Origin: a virus
DNA: 64,000 nucleotides
Reading direction: 5' to 3' (one strand)
IMG/VR virus record: IMGVR_UViG_3300045988_079610
Shown: piece by piece, positions 1 to 10,567 of the stretch
Layout of the letters: the number at the start of each line of letters is the position of its first letter
How positions within the stretch are numbered: the stretch's first letter is position 1
Program-made: the position numbers and the translations under genes
The notes under the pieces: generated by a model
Databases searched by the model: none
What the model saw: the letters and a program-made list of their open reading frames with translations, nothing else
Told to the model about the DNA's origin: nothing

Positions 1-3000
1 AACAAGAAACTTATCAAAATGCTTCTGACTATCAAAATGAAGCTTTTGAAAACTTTAAAGCTAAAGGTCCTTTTGATGGAAAGAATTTAACTATGGTTAT
101 TAATACTATTAGAAATAATCAAATAGTTGCTGCTAAAAAAGTAGAAGATAATGGAGGTAATAAAACTGAGCAATATATTGCTAAACTAGAAGCTACAAGT
201 AATATATTAAAAGCTATTTACAAGAAAGTAAAACTTGATATTAATAAGTCAGAATCTGCTAAAGCTTTAATTGAAGCTAATAATGAACTTATTAAAGTAC
301 TTAAAGATAATTCTGTAAATAATGATAATGCTACTAATGAGCAACTTACTGAAATATATGCTGACAAACAAAATGAATTAGAGGATATTGCTAAAAATAA
401 TAATCTTTATTCATTTGATGAATTTAAAGAAGCTGCTATTAATCATCCTGAAGATGTTAATTCTAGAGATGCTAGAACTAATGAAATCTTTAGATGTATG
501 AGAGATATTCTTGCAAATCCTCTTAGTCTTGAAGAAAATCTTTCTCGTTCTAATTTTGATGACATTACAGATGCACTTAATGATTATATGAATCCTAATG
601 TTAAAGATGAACGTATTAATCGTAGTGCTTATAATCCTTTTGACCAAATGAGTTATCAAGAAGAAGCTATGAGTGGTGCTAAACTTAAAGCTTTCTCTGT
701 TACACTCGATACATTCTGTTCTGTATGCAACACTGTTAGACCGATTCTGTCTAAGCCAATTTACGTGGTCTATGACAAGTCAGACTACCAAGACCCTACA
801 ATTATTCAGAAACGTTTCAACGATACAAAGGAGAAGAATTTAAAATCTTCAAAAACTTTTCAAGTTCGTCATACAACTTATGGATGGAGTAATGATAATC
901 GTTGTGCAGCAGGTAAAATACTTACTTCATATAGTTCTCAAACTACTGCTTATATTCTTGATGCAATTAAGAGTGGTGCTATACCTAATGTAAATGATTA
1001 TACATTTGCTGTATTTAAAACTCTTGCTAATATTGGATGTGATTATAAAACATCTATTAGTTATATTATGCAACCTGGAGTTACTGAAATAGTTAATGCT
1101 TATAACGCAAATCATTCTGTATTCAGTGATTATCAAGGTGGTAATCCTATTAATGATGCTATTAAAAATATAGCTAAAAAAATGGGATATAAAGTGACTA
1201 ATAGAACTTCTGTTAAAGAACTTCTTAAAAAGATTGATGAAGATTATCATAAAGAATTTAATAAGATATTTGCTCAAAAAGGAGAAGAAATAACCATTAG
1301 TACAAATTATGATGATATTATTAATCTTCCTATTCTTGTAGGTAAGAATGTCACTAGACTTAAAGGAGAAGGTGAGTTTAAGAACCCCCCCGTAGGAGAT
1401 ATTACAACTAACCTTTTTGATCTTGGTGTAGTATTATCTTTTGGAAAGATTTATACTTCTGCTAAAGAAATAGGTGATATAGCTAGATGTTGTAATCCTG
1501 ATAAATTTGGAGCTAAACAAGATGTTTATACTACAAATAAGATTTTTGATGATGCTGTTGAAATGATTCAAAAGCATTCTGAGCAAGAACCTGATAAGCC
1601 TTATAATAGACCAGCCCTTGTTGTAAATAAAAACGGAAAAGATATTCATATTCTTGAAAGTATTTATCCTGGTCTTACAAATGTAAGTCAAGATAGTAAT
1701 GCTCATGGTATAATTACTGAAAATAGAATTGCTGAATCTTCTTATCCTAATCTTTATAGTTATTTAAAATATGCTTCTGCTACAAGTACTGTAGTAGCTA
1801 AAGCTGTATTGCCTACACAAAATCTTGGTTTTGTAAATCTTCTTAAAGGATTTACTCATAAACTTAATGGTTGGAATGTTAAGCTTACTCCTAAAGCATA
1901 TAAAGAACTTCAATCTTATGCTCTTGGTCATTTTTATAATCAATGTGAATTTGTTCAATATCCTATTGATTATTCTATAGATGAAAATGGTCAAATGAAT
2001 GTTCATCTTAGTGAAAATAGAACTGATGGAGATTTTGAAGCTGAACGTCAAAGAATATATGGTTATAATCAAAATACTTCTTTGACTATTAGACATACAG
2101 TTGAAGAGGATATGTATAAGAAAATAGATAGTAAACATACTTATATTACTCCTGAAGAATATAATGGATTGTCTTCTGAACTTAAAGCTAATTATGAATT
2201 AACCAAAGTTAAAGCTAAAGATGATGTTCCTTTTGAGGTTAAAGATATAAACAATACAACTAATGAAGAAATTAAAGAATTTGCTAAATTTAGTCCTGCT
2301 CAAAAAGTTGCTTGGATAAAGAAGAATTTTGACGATAGTGGTATATTTAGTAAACTTCAAGTTTCTCTTTATAATCCAGCTAGTAGAGGTTATAGAGTCG
2401 GAAGTCAGACTATAGAATATATTGAAGATAATGCTAATCCTAATATTGCTTATCAAGAATTTTATAATGCTTTCTTTGATAATAATCCTCTTGTTGCTAT
2501 TACAGCTTATGATTTAATAAAATATGCTGCTACTGTTGAAGGATTTAAAATGTCTCAAAGAGCTATTACTAAAATTATTGATAATAAAACTTTGATTGGA
2601 GAATTTGGTACTAATGGTACTGGTTTCCAAGATGCAGTTCTTAATAGAATTAATGATTTGGAAATGGCTAATAATCCAATGACTGCTAATGATGCAGATA
2701 ATAAATTCTATGAAGAATATCTTAGAAGTCATCCTAATACTGAAGGTATTAAAACTTATTCTGTAAATAAAAAGAATAATGAAAAATATCATCTTAATAA
2801 TACGTATGCTGATATTGTTACAATAACTATTGATAAAACTCTTGAAAATGAAAGTAAAGAAAAAGCTAAAGATGAATTTGAAGAAAGACTTGAAAAAGTA
2901 GGATTTATTACTAGAAATAGTAATGATAATACTTTTAAAGATAATCAATATGTTAGATTTAAGAGTAAGGCTAGAGGTATTGAAATTTATAAAATTGAAA

Positions 3001-6000
3001 AAATAGATGATAATGAATATATAGCTTATCCTCTTAATAAACTTAATATTAATGAGCATGGTACTTGGTCTGCTAATGAGGATTATAATATACATCCTCG
3101 TAGTGAAACATATCAATATATTATTGCTCAATATAAAACAGATAAAGAAAATGCTAAATTAGATAAAGATTATATAAAAGAACAGATTAATGATTATAGA
3201 GAGAATGAAGGTAATCCTTATTATAATCAAAGAAATAAGAATTATAACATTCCTGCTTTAGATTTTAATCTTGAACAGCTTGCTACTGAAGATGATGGTA
3301 ATGCAGCTTCTATTATTAGACAAAATATTATTAAACATTTTAGTTCTCTTGATAAGTATAAACCTTTAAGAGTTAAAAGTCTTACATTAGGAAGATATAT
3401 TATTAGTACTAATTCTACTAGTACTCAAACTATATCTTTTCCTGATGGAAGTAAACATACTTTTGCTATTACAAAGGAGAATACTAGAAAATATGATAGT
3501 GTTTATCTTAATGATAAAAAGTATACTAAAGAAGAAAGACTTGCTGCTGCTTATCAAATTAAAGACCCTCTTCTTAGAGACTCTTATGTTAAAGCAATAG
3601 AAGATAATCATGTTCATGTTGATAATATATTTAAGATTGTAGAAAATACAGATATTCTTCAAGGAGATGATACTTCTTTTGCAGCTAGCGTTGAAGAATC
3701 AGATTTATCTGCTCTTGAATATATTAATCTTGCTCAAAAAGGTCAAAGAGAAATAAAGACTGGTCTTGATGGAGAAATTTCTCTTGAAGTTCAAGCTACT
3801 CAACAAGCAAAAGTTCAAGGTATAAAACTCAAATATGATGATGTTAGAAATAATGTTGATGATGCTACTAGAATAGTTGCTGAATATGCAATTAAAAAAG
3901 CTCAACAACTTGTTACTAGATTTAATCAATATATTGAAGACCCTCAAAATCCTGGTACATATATTAGTTTAAGTGATGAAAGAATAATAGATGTTATTAA
4001 AGATAATCCTGTTGCTATTAGTAATTTCTTTAAAACACTTAATGAAATAAGTGCTTATAAAGCTAGATTTATAACATATAAGAGTTGTGATATAGCTACA
4101 GATAGTCCTGCTGTTAAGAAGTATGTTGAAGATATTAATGAAGCTTATGATAAAGTTGCATCTTTAAATGCAGATACAGCTAATCATAATCTTATGGAAA
4201 ACTATGTATCTAAACTTAGTACTAATCCTCTTATTAGAGAAGGAGTTTTAGATATTAGTGAAAATTATTATAAGACTTATGGTTCTATGTGGATGTTCCA
4301 TGATATAGCGGAAAATGGTAATCCTGCTCTTCAAAATATTCTTAAAGATGTTTATGGTCATATTGAAGCTAAAAGAATGATGGCACTTAGACAAGTAAGA
4401 GAATTTAAAAATCATATTAAATCAATTATTGATGCTGCTAAAAAAGAAGGTATAACTGTAGATATTAATAAGATTATTGATTCTAGAGGTATATTTGTTC
4501 AAGATTATTCTCAAGAATTTCTTGATAAAATGGAGGAACTTAGAAAAGCTAAAAGAGATGCTGCTAAACTTGGTAAAGGTTATGGTTCTATTGAATATCT
4601 TACAGCTAAAAATAAATATGATCAATATAAAGCTGTATATACTCATCAAGCTGCTAAACAAGATTATTATATTCAAAAAGCTAATCTTGAAAGACTTATG
4701 ATTAAGAATCATCCTAGAATTTATTCTAGATATATGACTCTTCTTTATAGGCAGCTTGATATATATAATTACATGACTGAAAATGGTATTCCTGAAGAGA
4801 AGCAAGAAGAACTTAATAGGATTAACGATGAAATGTTTAATCTTAGAGCTAATACTCAATATTATATCGAAGATGGAATTTCAAAAGAGCGTCCTGCTGA
4901 AGAACCAGACCATGACCCTACTGATTATGAATATTGGTCAAATCCTGAGAATGATTATGAGGCTAGTAGTATATATGATGTGCATGAAGCTAATGTTCTT
5001 AATGATTTCTTAAATAAAATGCACGAGCTTAATAATATGTATTTTGAATATACTCCTAAATACGGATTTGAAGATTTACTTCAAAAGAATCTTAGCATTA
5101 TAAGAACTATTGAAAAGCCTGATGCCAATGGTGTTCCTACTCAGTCTCAAGAAATACTTGAATCAAATCCTGAATATGTAGCTGCTAAAAAATGGATTAA
5201 AGAAAATGCTCAATATGAAATTAAAGCAGGTAAAAATGAAGATGGAAGTTTTGTAAATCCTTTAGCTGATAAGATTATTAAAGCTCTTAATAGACTTAAA
5301 CTTGGTGGTAATGGTAAATCAAGAACTGTAAATAGTATTATGCGTCATGCTAATAATAATGAAGGCATATATGATGCTAATAAAGTTCCTGATGGTACTA
5401 AACTTACTAAAGATGAAATAGATTCTATTCGTATCGAAATGGAAAATCGCTATGGTATAGCTGGTCTTCCTGCTGGTAGTGATAGAGTTATGATTTCTAA
5501 TGCTAAGCCTGATGGTCCTTTACTTAATGCAGCTTTCTATAGTAGATATGGTGGAGGTAAGAAAATTAATACTCCTGAATATATAGATATTATTACTCAA
5601 ATTAATAAGATTCATCAAAAGTATTGGAATCCTATTGATAAAACTGTTAATCTTCAAAATATACCAGATACTGAAGCTGGACATAAAGAACTCAAAAAAC
5701 TTGATGAACTTTATCAAAAACTTCGTCAAATTAGAGCTGCTAATAGTGAAAGTATTGATGAAGAAACTAAAAAATTTAGAGAAAAGTATACTGAATTTAA
5801 AGTTAATACTGAATTAGGTAGAGAACAAGCTAAAGGCATTGTAGGTAAATCTGATGAATTTAGAAAACTTTATCTCAATGTTGTTCTTGAAAAAAGAATT
5901 GATGGTACTATTAGAACTGATGAAAATGGTGTTGCTGTACCTAATAGATTACTTTATGGTTATCTTGCTCTTAAAGAAGACCTTTCAGAAGATGAAAAGA

Positions 6001-8957
6001 ATAGATTTATTGATAAACAAAGACAAGAAGATTTAAATCTTATTGATAAATCATATAAAACTGTTCGTACTAAATATTGGGAAAGAGCTTTAGCTGAAGC
6101 TCATAATCGTAGAGATACTGACCCTTCTTTTGATTATAATGCTTGGTGGAATAGTAATCATGTTTACAATCCTTATACTAGAGAAATGGAACTTCTTCCA
6201 TGTTGGACTACTAAAGCTATAAATCCTGAATATATGGAAGATGGTACTTTCCTTGGTGAATGGATTCCTAAAGCTGGTATGAGAACTAAGAAAGTTAAAG
6301 ATGGTATGACTAAACTTGATGGTCTTGACCAAAAATATTATCTTGAAGACCAAGATATGAGAGATAAAGACTATAAAGATGATGCTTCTCTTGCAACTAA
6401 TTATATAAAAGGTGCTAATAATGGTAAATATGATAATTCAACTCAACTTAATGATAGAGAAAAAGAATTAAGAGATTATATTCAAAATACTCTTATTAAG
6501 ACTGCTGGTAATATTGTTAGTAGAAGATATTTTGAATCAGGACGTGCTCCTCAACGTAGAAAAGCTGATTCTGTTGATGCTAAAATGATTCTTAAAGAAA
6601 CTGGTAAAATGGTTGGAATCGGTGTATCAACTAATAATGGTAAAAAAGATTTTGATGAACATATAGGTTATGATAATGATGTAACTCCTATTATGCCTAT
6701 GCTTAAAGATATAGTAAGTGTCAAAGTTACTAAAGTTGTTAAACCTGAAGAACTTGATGCTGCATTAAAATCTGATTATACTGTTACTCTTGATAGTAAG
6801 AAATTTAAAAAGCCAGAAAGACTTGATTACGAAACAAATGAAGATTATACTAAAGCTTTAGCTGAATATGAAGCAACTCAAGAACTTGTTAAAAAACATA
6901 ATGAAAAAGTTCGTGAAGATAATCTTGATAGAAATTGGATAGATGTTATCAGTGATTATATTAACCAAGCTTCTAGATATAATGCAATTCAAGATAGTAA
7001 GGAAAAACTTTATTGGTTACTTGAAGAACTTAGACATCAACAAGCTTATATTCGTAAGTATGGAGCTACTGGTGATTTAAGACTTGATAGTAGAAGAAGT
7101 ACTGATGATAATAATGTTTATCAAACTTCTACTGATGATAATCTTATTAAGCAATATGAAAATCAACTTAGAAGACTTCTTTGGGACCAATGGAAAGAAC
7201 CTGAAAATCATATGACTCGTTGGGCTAATCAACTTCAAACTTTTACATCTGCTAATTATATGATGCTTAATATACGTGGTGGTATTGCTAACATTACTGT
7301 TGGTATGCAAGGTATATTTGGTGAAGCTATGGCAGGTGACCAATTTAGTGCTAAAGGTTGGAGATGGGGAATTGCTGAATGGCATAAAGGACTTCCTGGT
7401 ATGGCTGCTGGTATGTATGATGAAAAAGCTCATGGTAAAGTAGATGGAGTTATTAAACTTTTTAAAGCTGTTGACTATGATGAAATTACTGGAGTTGTAA
7501 GAAATGCTGGTCTTGCTAAATGGTCTGAAAGAATTAGAAATGCAGGTTTCTCTCCTCAAACTATTACTGAAAACTTTATGCAAAATGGAGTTCTTCTTGC
7601 TATGCTTCATGAACATAAGATTATTACTATTGACAGTGATGATATTAGAGGTATTGGAGCTAGAATTATGAATAAGCGAGAATATTGGAATTATAAAAAG
7701 ATTGGTCTTCTTGCTGAAATTCTTGGTGAAGAACAATTCAATGAATATAAGAAGTTTAAAGAGGAAAAGATGAAAGACCCTAATCTTCTTAAAGATTATG
7801 CTTGGTTTAGAAAAGATTTAGCTACTGATTTTGTTGTTCAGCATTGTAGTTCTAAACAACGTGATGAATATGTAAAGAAACAAAAAGAAGCAAAAGCTAA
7901 AGTAGAAAAAGAATTTGATACTAAGATAGACCTTTATAGTCAAATGGAAGAAAAAGATGGTTATATTCAATTTAAAGAAGGTTCTGACCTTGCTAAACTT
8001 GATGAATTTAGAAGCGATAAAGATGGAGAAGATGTAACAAAATCTTATGCTCTTCTTGGTGAATTTGCTGAAAAAGTTCGTAAGACTAATAACTATATTC
8101 ATGGTGTATATAATCGTCAAGGTATGGCTTATATTGAAAAGACTTGGTATGGTAGTCTTGTAATGCAATATCATAAACATCTTCCAATGGGTCTTATGAA
8201 ACGTTATCATACTAGAGGTAATTGGAATGAATTTAGAAACTCTGTAAATAAAGGTATGATTCCTAGTTGTATAGACTTTTTAAAGCTAGATATTGATTTA
8301 GTTAAACATGATGCTGGTTTATCAGATGATGAAGTAACTACTCTTAAGGGTGTTCAAAATATTCTTACTCATAGTTATCAATTACTTACTCATCTTAAAA
8401 CAACTTGGGAAATAATGCCTGATTATGATAAAGCTAATATAAAGAGAAACCTTGGAGATTTGATAGGAGTTCTTGGAGGTATAATGGGTTCTATTGCACT
8501 TATAGCTTTAGGTGCTGATGATGATAAAAATAAAGGTGCATTTGAAAATATAATGGCAAATCTTGCTTTATATGAAAGTGATAGACTTACTTCTGAATCA
8601 TTTATGTACAATCCTATAGGTATGCAAACTGAACTTAAAACTCTTATGAGTACTCCTCTTGCTGCACAAAGTGTTATAAGTGATGGACTTAAAGCTATTT
8701 ATGAAATAGGTGGTTTTATAATGCAAGGTGATAGTTTTGACCCAATTTATAAAAGTGGTCGATTTGCTGGAGAAAATAAGCTTAGTGTTTATGTTCAAAG
8801 ACGTATTCCTATGTGGAATGGTATTAGACAAGTTATAGATTCCCCTGATAATAATCATTATTATAAAGTTGGTGATACTGCTTGTAGTCTTATTAATACT
8901 AAAGGTATTGGTAATTGGATTGGTGGTAGAGGTTATGATTATGGTAAAGAAGATTAG
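1..8957 (+). CDS. giant virion-associated/ejected protein, 5'-partial (terminal giant ORF of the late block)
   Basis: Frame 3 is open from the first base of the window (QETYQNASDYQ... precedes the first in-window ATG at 93) to TAG 8955-8957. NNT-biased codons throughout. Gly/hydrophobic membrane-like segment near the C-terminus (LGDLIGVLGGIMGSIALIALG). No catalytic motif recognised by eye. Confidence 0.85.
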   Translation, partial: QETYQNASDYQNEAFENFKAKGPFDGKNLTMVINTIRNNQIVAAKKVEDNGGNKTEQYIAKLEATSNILKAIYKKVKLDINKSESAKALIEANNELIKVLKDNSVNNDNATNEQLTEIYADKQNELEDIAKNNNLYSFDEFKEAAINHPEDVNSRDARTNEIFRCMRDILANPLSLEENLSRSNFDDITDALNDYMNPNVKDERINRSAYNPFDQMSYQEEAMSGAKLKAFSVTLDTFCSVCNTVRPILSKPIYVVYDKSDYQDPTIIQKRFNDTKEKNLKSSKTFQVRHTTYGWSNDNRCAAGKILTSYSSQTTAYILDAIKSGAIPNVNDYTFAVFKTLANIGCDYKTSISYIMQPGVTEIVNAYNANHSVFSDYQGGNPINDAIKNIAKKMGYKVTNRTSVKELLKKIDEDYHKEFNKIFAQKGEEITISTNYDDIINLPILVGKNVTRLKGEGEFKNPPVGDITTNLFDLGVVLSFGKIYTSAKEIGDIARCCNPDKFGAKQDVYTTNKIFDDAVEMIQKHSEQEPDKPYNRPALVVNKNGKDIHILESIYPGLTNVSQDSNAHGIITENRIAESSYPNLYSYLKYASATSTVVAKAVLPTQNLGFVNLLKGFTHKLNGWNVKLTPKAYKELQSYALGHFYNQCEFVQYPIDYSIDENGQMNVHLSENRTDGDFEAERQRIYGYNQNTSLTIRHTVEEDMYKKIDSKHTYITPEEYNGLSSELKANYELTKVKAKDDVPFEVKDINNTTNEEIKEFAKFSPAQKVAWIKKNFDDSGIFSKLQVSLYNPASRGYRVGSQTIEYIEDNANPNIAYQEFYNAFFDNNPLVAITAYDLIKYAATVEGFKMSQRAITKIIDNKTLIGEFGTNGTGFQDAVLNRINDLEMANNPMTANDADNKFYEEYLRSHPNTEGIKTYSVNKKNNEKYHLNNTYADIVTITIDKTLENESKEKAKDEFEERLEKVGFITRNSNDNTFKDNQYVRFKSKARGIEIYKIEKIDDNEYIAYPLNKLNINEHGTWSANEDYNIHPRSETYQYIIAQYKTDKENAKLDKDYIKEQINDYRENEGNPYYNQRNKNYNIPALDFNLEQLATEDDGNAASIIRQNIIKHFSSLDKYKPLRVKSLTLGRYIISTNSTSTQTISFPDGSKHTFAITKENTRKYDSVYLNDKKYTKEERLAAAYQIKDPLLRDSYVKAIEDNHVHVDNIFKIVENTDILQGDDTSFAASVEESDLSALEYINLAQKGQREIKTGLDGEISLEVQATQQAKVQGIKLKYDDVRNNVDDATRIVAEYAIKKAQQLVTRFNQYIEDPQNPGTYISLSDERIIDVIKDNPVAISNFFKTLNEISAYKARFITYKSCDIATDSPAVKKYVEDINEAYDKVASLNADTANHNLMENYVSKLSTNPLIREGVLDISENYYKTYGSMWMFHDIAENGNPALQNILKDVYGHIEAKRMMALRQVREFKNHIKSIIDAAKKEGITVDINKIIDSRGIFVQDYSQEFLDKMEELRKAKRDAAKLGKGYGSIEYLTAKNKYDQYKAVYTHQAAKQDYYIQKANLERLMIKNHPRIYSRYMTLLYRQLDIYNYMTENGIPEEKQEELNRINDEMFNLRANTQYYIEDGISKERPAEEPDHDPTDYEYWSNPENDYEASSIYDVHEANVLNDFLNKMHELNNMYFEYTPKYGFEDLLQKNLSIIRTIEKPDANGVPTQSQEILESNPEYVAAKKWIKENAQYEIKAGKNEDGSFVNPLADKIIKALNRLKLGGNGKSRTVNSIMRHANNNEGIYDANKVPDGTKLTKDEIDSIRIEMENRYGIAGLPAGSDRVMISNAKPDGPLLNAAFYSRYGGGKKINTPEYIDIITQINKIHQKYWNPIDKTVNLQNIPDTEAGHKELKKLDELYQKLRQIRAANSESIDEETKKFREKYTEFKVNTELGREQAKGIVGKSDEFRKLYLNVVLEKRIDGTIRTDENGVAVPNRLLYGYLALKEDLSEDEKNRFIDKQRQEDLNLIDKSYKTVRTKYWERALAEAHNRRDTDPSFDYNAWWNSNHVYNPYTREMELLPCWTTKAINPEYMEDGTFLGEWIPKAGMRTKKVKDGMTKLDGLDQKYYLEDQDMRDKDYKDDASLATNYIKGANNGKYDNSTQLNDREKELRDYIQNTLIKTAGNIVSRRYFESGRAPQRRKADSVDAKMILKETGKMVGIGVSTNNGKKDFDEHIGYDNDVTPIMPMLKDIVSVKVTKVVKPEELDAALKSDYTVTLDSKKFKKPERLDYETNEDYTKALAEYEATQELVKKHNEKVREDNLDRNWIDVISDYINQASRYNAIQDSKEKLYWLLEELRHQQAYIRKYGATGDLRLDSRRSTDDNNVYQTSTDDNLIKQYENQLRRLLWDQWKEPENHMTRWANQLQTFTSANYMMLNIRGGIANITVGMQGIFGEAMAGDQFSAKGWRWGIAEWHKGLPGMAAGMYDEKAHGKVDGVIKLFKAVDYDEITGVVRNAGLAKWSERIRNAGFSPQTITENFMQNGVLLAMLHEHKIITIDSDDIRGIGARIMNKREYWNYKKIGLLAEILGEEQFNEYKKFKEEKMKDPNLLKDYAWFRKDLATDFVVQHCSSKQRDEYVKKQKEAKAKVEKEFDTKIDLYSQMEEKDGYIQFKEGSDLAKLDEFRSDKDGEDVTKSYALLGEFAEKVRKTNNYIHGVYNRQGMAYIEKTWYGSLVMQYHKHLPMGLMKRYHTRGNWNEFRNSVNKGMIPSCIDFLKLDIDLVKHDAGLSDDEVTTLKGVQNILTHSYQLLTHLKTTWEIMPDYDKANIKRNLGDLIGVLGGIMGSIALIALGADDDKNKGAFENIMANLALYESDRLTSESFMYNPIGMQTELKTLMSTPLAAQSVISDGLKAIYEIGGFIMQGDSFDPIYKSGRFAGENKLSVYVQRRIPMWNGIRQVIDSPDNNHYYKVGDTACSLINTKGIGNWIGGRGYDYGKED
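1383..1399 (-). repeat. GC-motif copy 1 (coding)
   Basis: + strand AACCCCCCCGTAGGAGA, read in the giant ORF as N-P-P-V-G-D. Confidence 0.8.
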
Positions 8958-8975
8958 CCTGCCCGTAGAAAGACT
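8955..8975 (-). repeat. GC-motif copy 2 (gene boundary)
   Basis: + strand TAGCCTGCCCGTAGAAAGACT. Its TAG is the stop codon of the giant ORF. Confidence 0.85.
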
Positions 8976-9019
8976 GATGAAATCTAATATAGATATTAAT
9001 TAGAGTTAAATACAAATAA

Positions 9020-9063
9020 TACTATTGCTTAGATAGGTAGAAATGCTTATCTTTGCAATAGTA
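9020..9063 (+). other. long stem-loop between giant ORF and tRNA
   Basis: TACTATTGC-TT-AGATAGG / CTTATCT-TT-GCAATAGTA inverted repeat, 16 bp including one G-T pair. Confidence 0.6.
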
Positions 9064-9072
9064 ATATTTCAA

Positions 9073-9143
9073 TGGAGCATCGTATAATGGTAGTACAGAA
9101 GATTTTGGTTCTTCTAGCATAGGTTCGATTCCTATTACTCCAA
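9073..9143 (+). tRNA. trnQ: tRNA-Gln (anticodon UUG)
   Basis: Hand-folded 71-nt cloverleaf. Acceptor TGGAGCA/TACTCCA (one C-A mismatch, U1-A72 as in bacterial tRNA-Gln). D stem GTAT/GTAC. Anticodon stem GAAGA/TCTTC with loop TT-TTG-GT. T arm ATAGG-TTCGATT-CCTAT. Confidence 0.85.
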
Positions 9144-9231
9144 CTAATAGTAAAATTTAAGTTGTTAATTATAATGTTAGGTTAAGTGGTTAAAAATAGG
9201 CGGTGTTAAATGGTAATTATCCCCATGTTCG

Positions 9232-9267
9232 TCCCAAGGTTATCGTGATGATAATCTTGGGATTTTT
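9232..9267 (+). terminator. intrinsic terminator after the tRNA
   Basis: TCCCAAGG-TTATC / GATAA-T-CTTGGGA stem followed by TTTTT. Confidence 0.75.
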
Positions 9268-9300
9268 CGTATATAAGATTTAATGTTGATTTCCATTGTT

Positions 9301-9340
9301 AAAAAAAAGGTGAAGTCCAACCTCACGGTCAAACTCCACC
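9301..9340 (-). terminator. possible intrinsic terminator (minus strand)
   Basis: Minus strand reads GGTGGAG...CTTCACC (one mismatch, large loop) followed by T8. Confidence 0.4.
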
Positions 9341-9407
9341 AAATAAAAATAGAAAACTAACAAAACAATTTAAATCACAATTTCTATACAAGTTTATATA
9401 CTAATAT

Positions 9408-9427
9408 AAAATTTAATATTTTAATTT
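9408..9427 (-). repeat. AT-rich leader element, orphan copy
   Basis: + strand AAATTTAATATTTTAATTTC matches the element found just upstream of three minus-strand start codons. No ORF follows here. Confidence 0.5.
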
Positions 9428-9670
9428 CCTTTCTAAACGATTATTTGTATCAGGTTTAATAACTAATCATCATTTAATAATAATTGTCATAGAAACAAAT
9501 TATCAATGTATATTTCAAATTTTATCTATTATATGTAGTCGGCTAATAATTCATATTGATACAATAATTTGTTTCCATGTCAATTTAATAGTACGACTGA
9601 ATAATTATTCAGAAGATGAAATATAAATCCTTAAATGAGAAATTAAATTCTTATATAACATATTATGAAA

Positions 9671-9907
9671 CTATTTAATAATAATATCTTCATAAAGTTT
9701 TCCAGTACTATCTACTTTATAAATTGTATCAATATTAACAGTATCATAATCTTGATTAAGAGTATCTACAATATAACTATAATCAATGCCACAAGGTTCA
9801 TTATCATAATTATTATCTTTATGTTGAGAACAACATATTAGTATAAAAATAATAATTATAAAACCTATAATAGTTTTAATTAAATGTTTATTATAATCTT
9901 TATTCAT
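9671..9907 (-). CDS. small membrane/lipoprotein-like protein
   Basis: N-terminal hydrophobic stretch ending ILICCS. Last gene of the minus block. Confidence 0.6.
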   Translation of the reverse strand: MNKDYNKHLIKTIIGFIIIIFILICCSQHKDNNYDNEPCGIDYSYIVDTLNQDYDTVNIDTIYKVDSTGKLYEDIIIK

Positions 9908-9921
9908 ATTTCTTTTAAATT

Positions 9922-9954
9922 AAAAACCCTTACTATTTTCACAAACAGTAAGGG
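9922..9954 (-). terminator. intrinsic terminator (GUGA-tetraloop family, T1)
   Basis: Minus sense CCCTTACTGTTT-GTGA-AAATAGTAAGGG then TTTTT. Confidence 0.75.
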
Positions 9955-9981
9955 CAAAATCAACTATTTACGGCAACACGT

Positions 9982-10281
9982 CTAACACTTCTTCTTTATA
10001 TATAAATCTATATATCTAATAATACATATAGCAGGAGTAGAACCAGTCATTTTAAAAGTAATAACATTATCTACCATAAAAATTGTAGTTGGAAAATCTT
10101 TAAGAAAAACTCTTTTATTTCTATATTCAATAACTTCTTTTTTAGTAAGAGTATCAAAGTCTATAACTTCAAAACCAATATTAATTTTACTATTAGCAAT
10201 AGCTTTTTCAATATTTTCTCTTTGAACTCTGCAACCAACACAACCTTTAGTTGTTATAAGAATTATCTTTCTATTAGTCAT
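9982..10281 (-). CDS. thioredoxin/glutaredoxin-fold protein
   Basis: N-terminal ILITTKGCVGCRV (CxxC after a beta strand), about 100 aa. Confidence 0.6.
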   Translation of the reverse strand: MTNRKIILITTKGCVGCRVQRENIEKAIANSKINIGFEVIDFDTLTKKEVIEYRNKRVFLKDFPTTIFMVDNVITFKMTGSTPAICIIRYIDLYIKKKC

Positions 10282-10540
10282 TTTTCTTAGAAGTATTTAT
10301 TTCAGCTACATTCTCATAATATTTACCATCAGAAGTAAATTCAATACCTTCATTATGAAGACAAGTTTCCAATGTCTTAGCAAGATTTTTATAATCTCTA
10401 ATAAGAATAGCTATATTAGCAGCAGTTATTTTACTTACTTTATCATTCTTTACAGCATTATTAAAATAAGCAGTGTTTGCATTAATACGTTTAAGAGCAT
10501 TAGCGTGTTCTTCAATCATAATTCTAACATTTGTATTCAT
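10274..10540 (-). CDS. hypothetical protein
   Basis: ORF in a co-directional packed array, typical codon bias. Confidence 0.6.
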   Translation of the reverse strand: MNTNVRIMIEEHANALKRINANTAYFNNAVKNDKVSKITAANIAILIRDYKNLAKTLETCLHNEGIEFTSDGKYYENVAEINTSKKND

Positions 10541-10567
10541 ATCTTTATAATTTAATTTGTTAATAAT

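Noticed and set aside
411-8858. About 25 track ORFs (both strands, 60-219 aa) nested inside the giant ORF.
   Set aside because: All overlap a continuous 8.9-kb frame that has typical codon bias. They translate to I/F/L/K/S/N-rich strings typical of shadow frames in NNT-biased, AT-rich genes.
8973-8985. CTGATGAAATC looks like a hammerhead CUGAUGA core.
   Set aside because: No stem II hairpin or GAAA/cleavage-site arrangement follows.
9144-9231. Possible second tRNA or small RNA after tRNA-Gln.
   Set aside because: I could not fold a cloverleaf, and there is no T-loop consensus.
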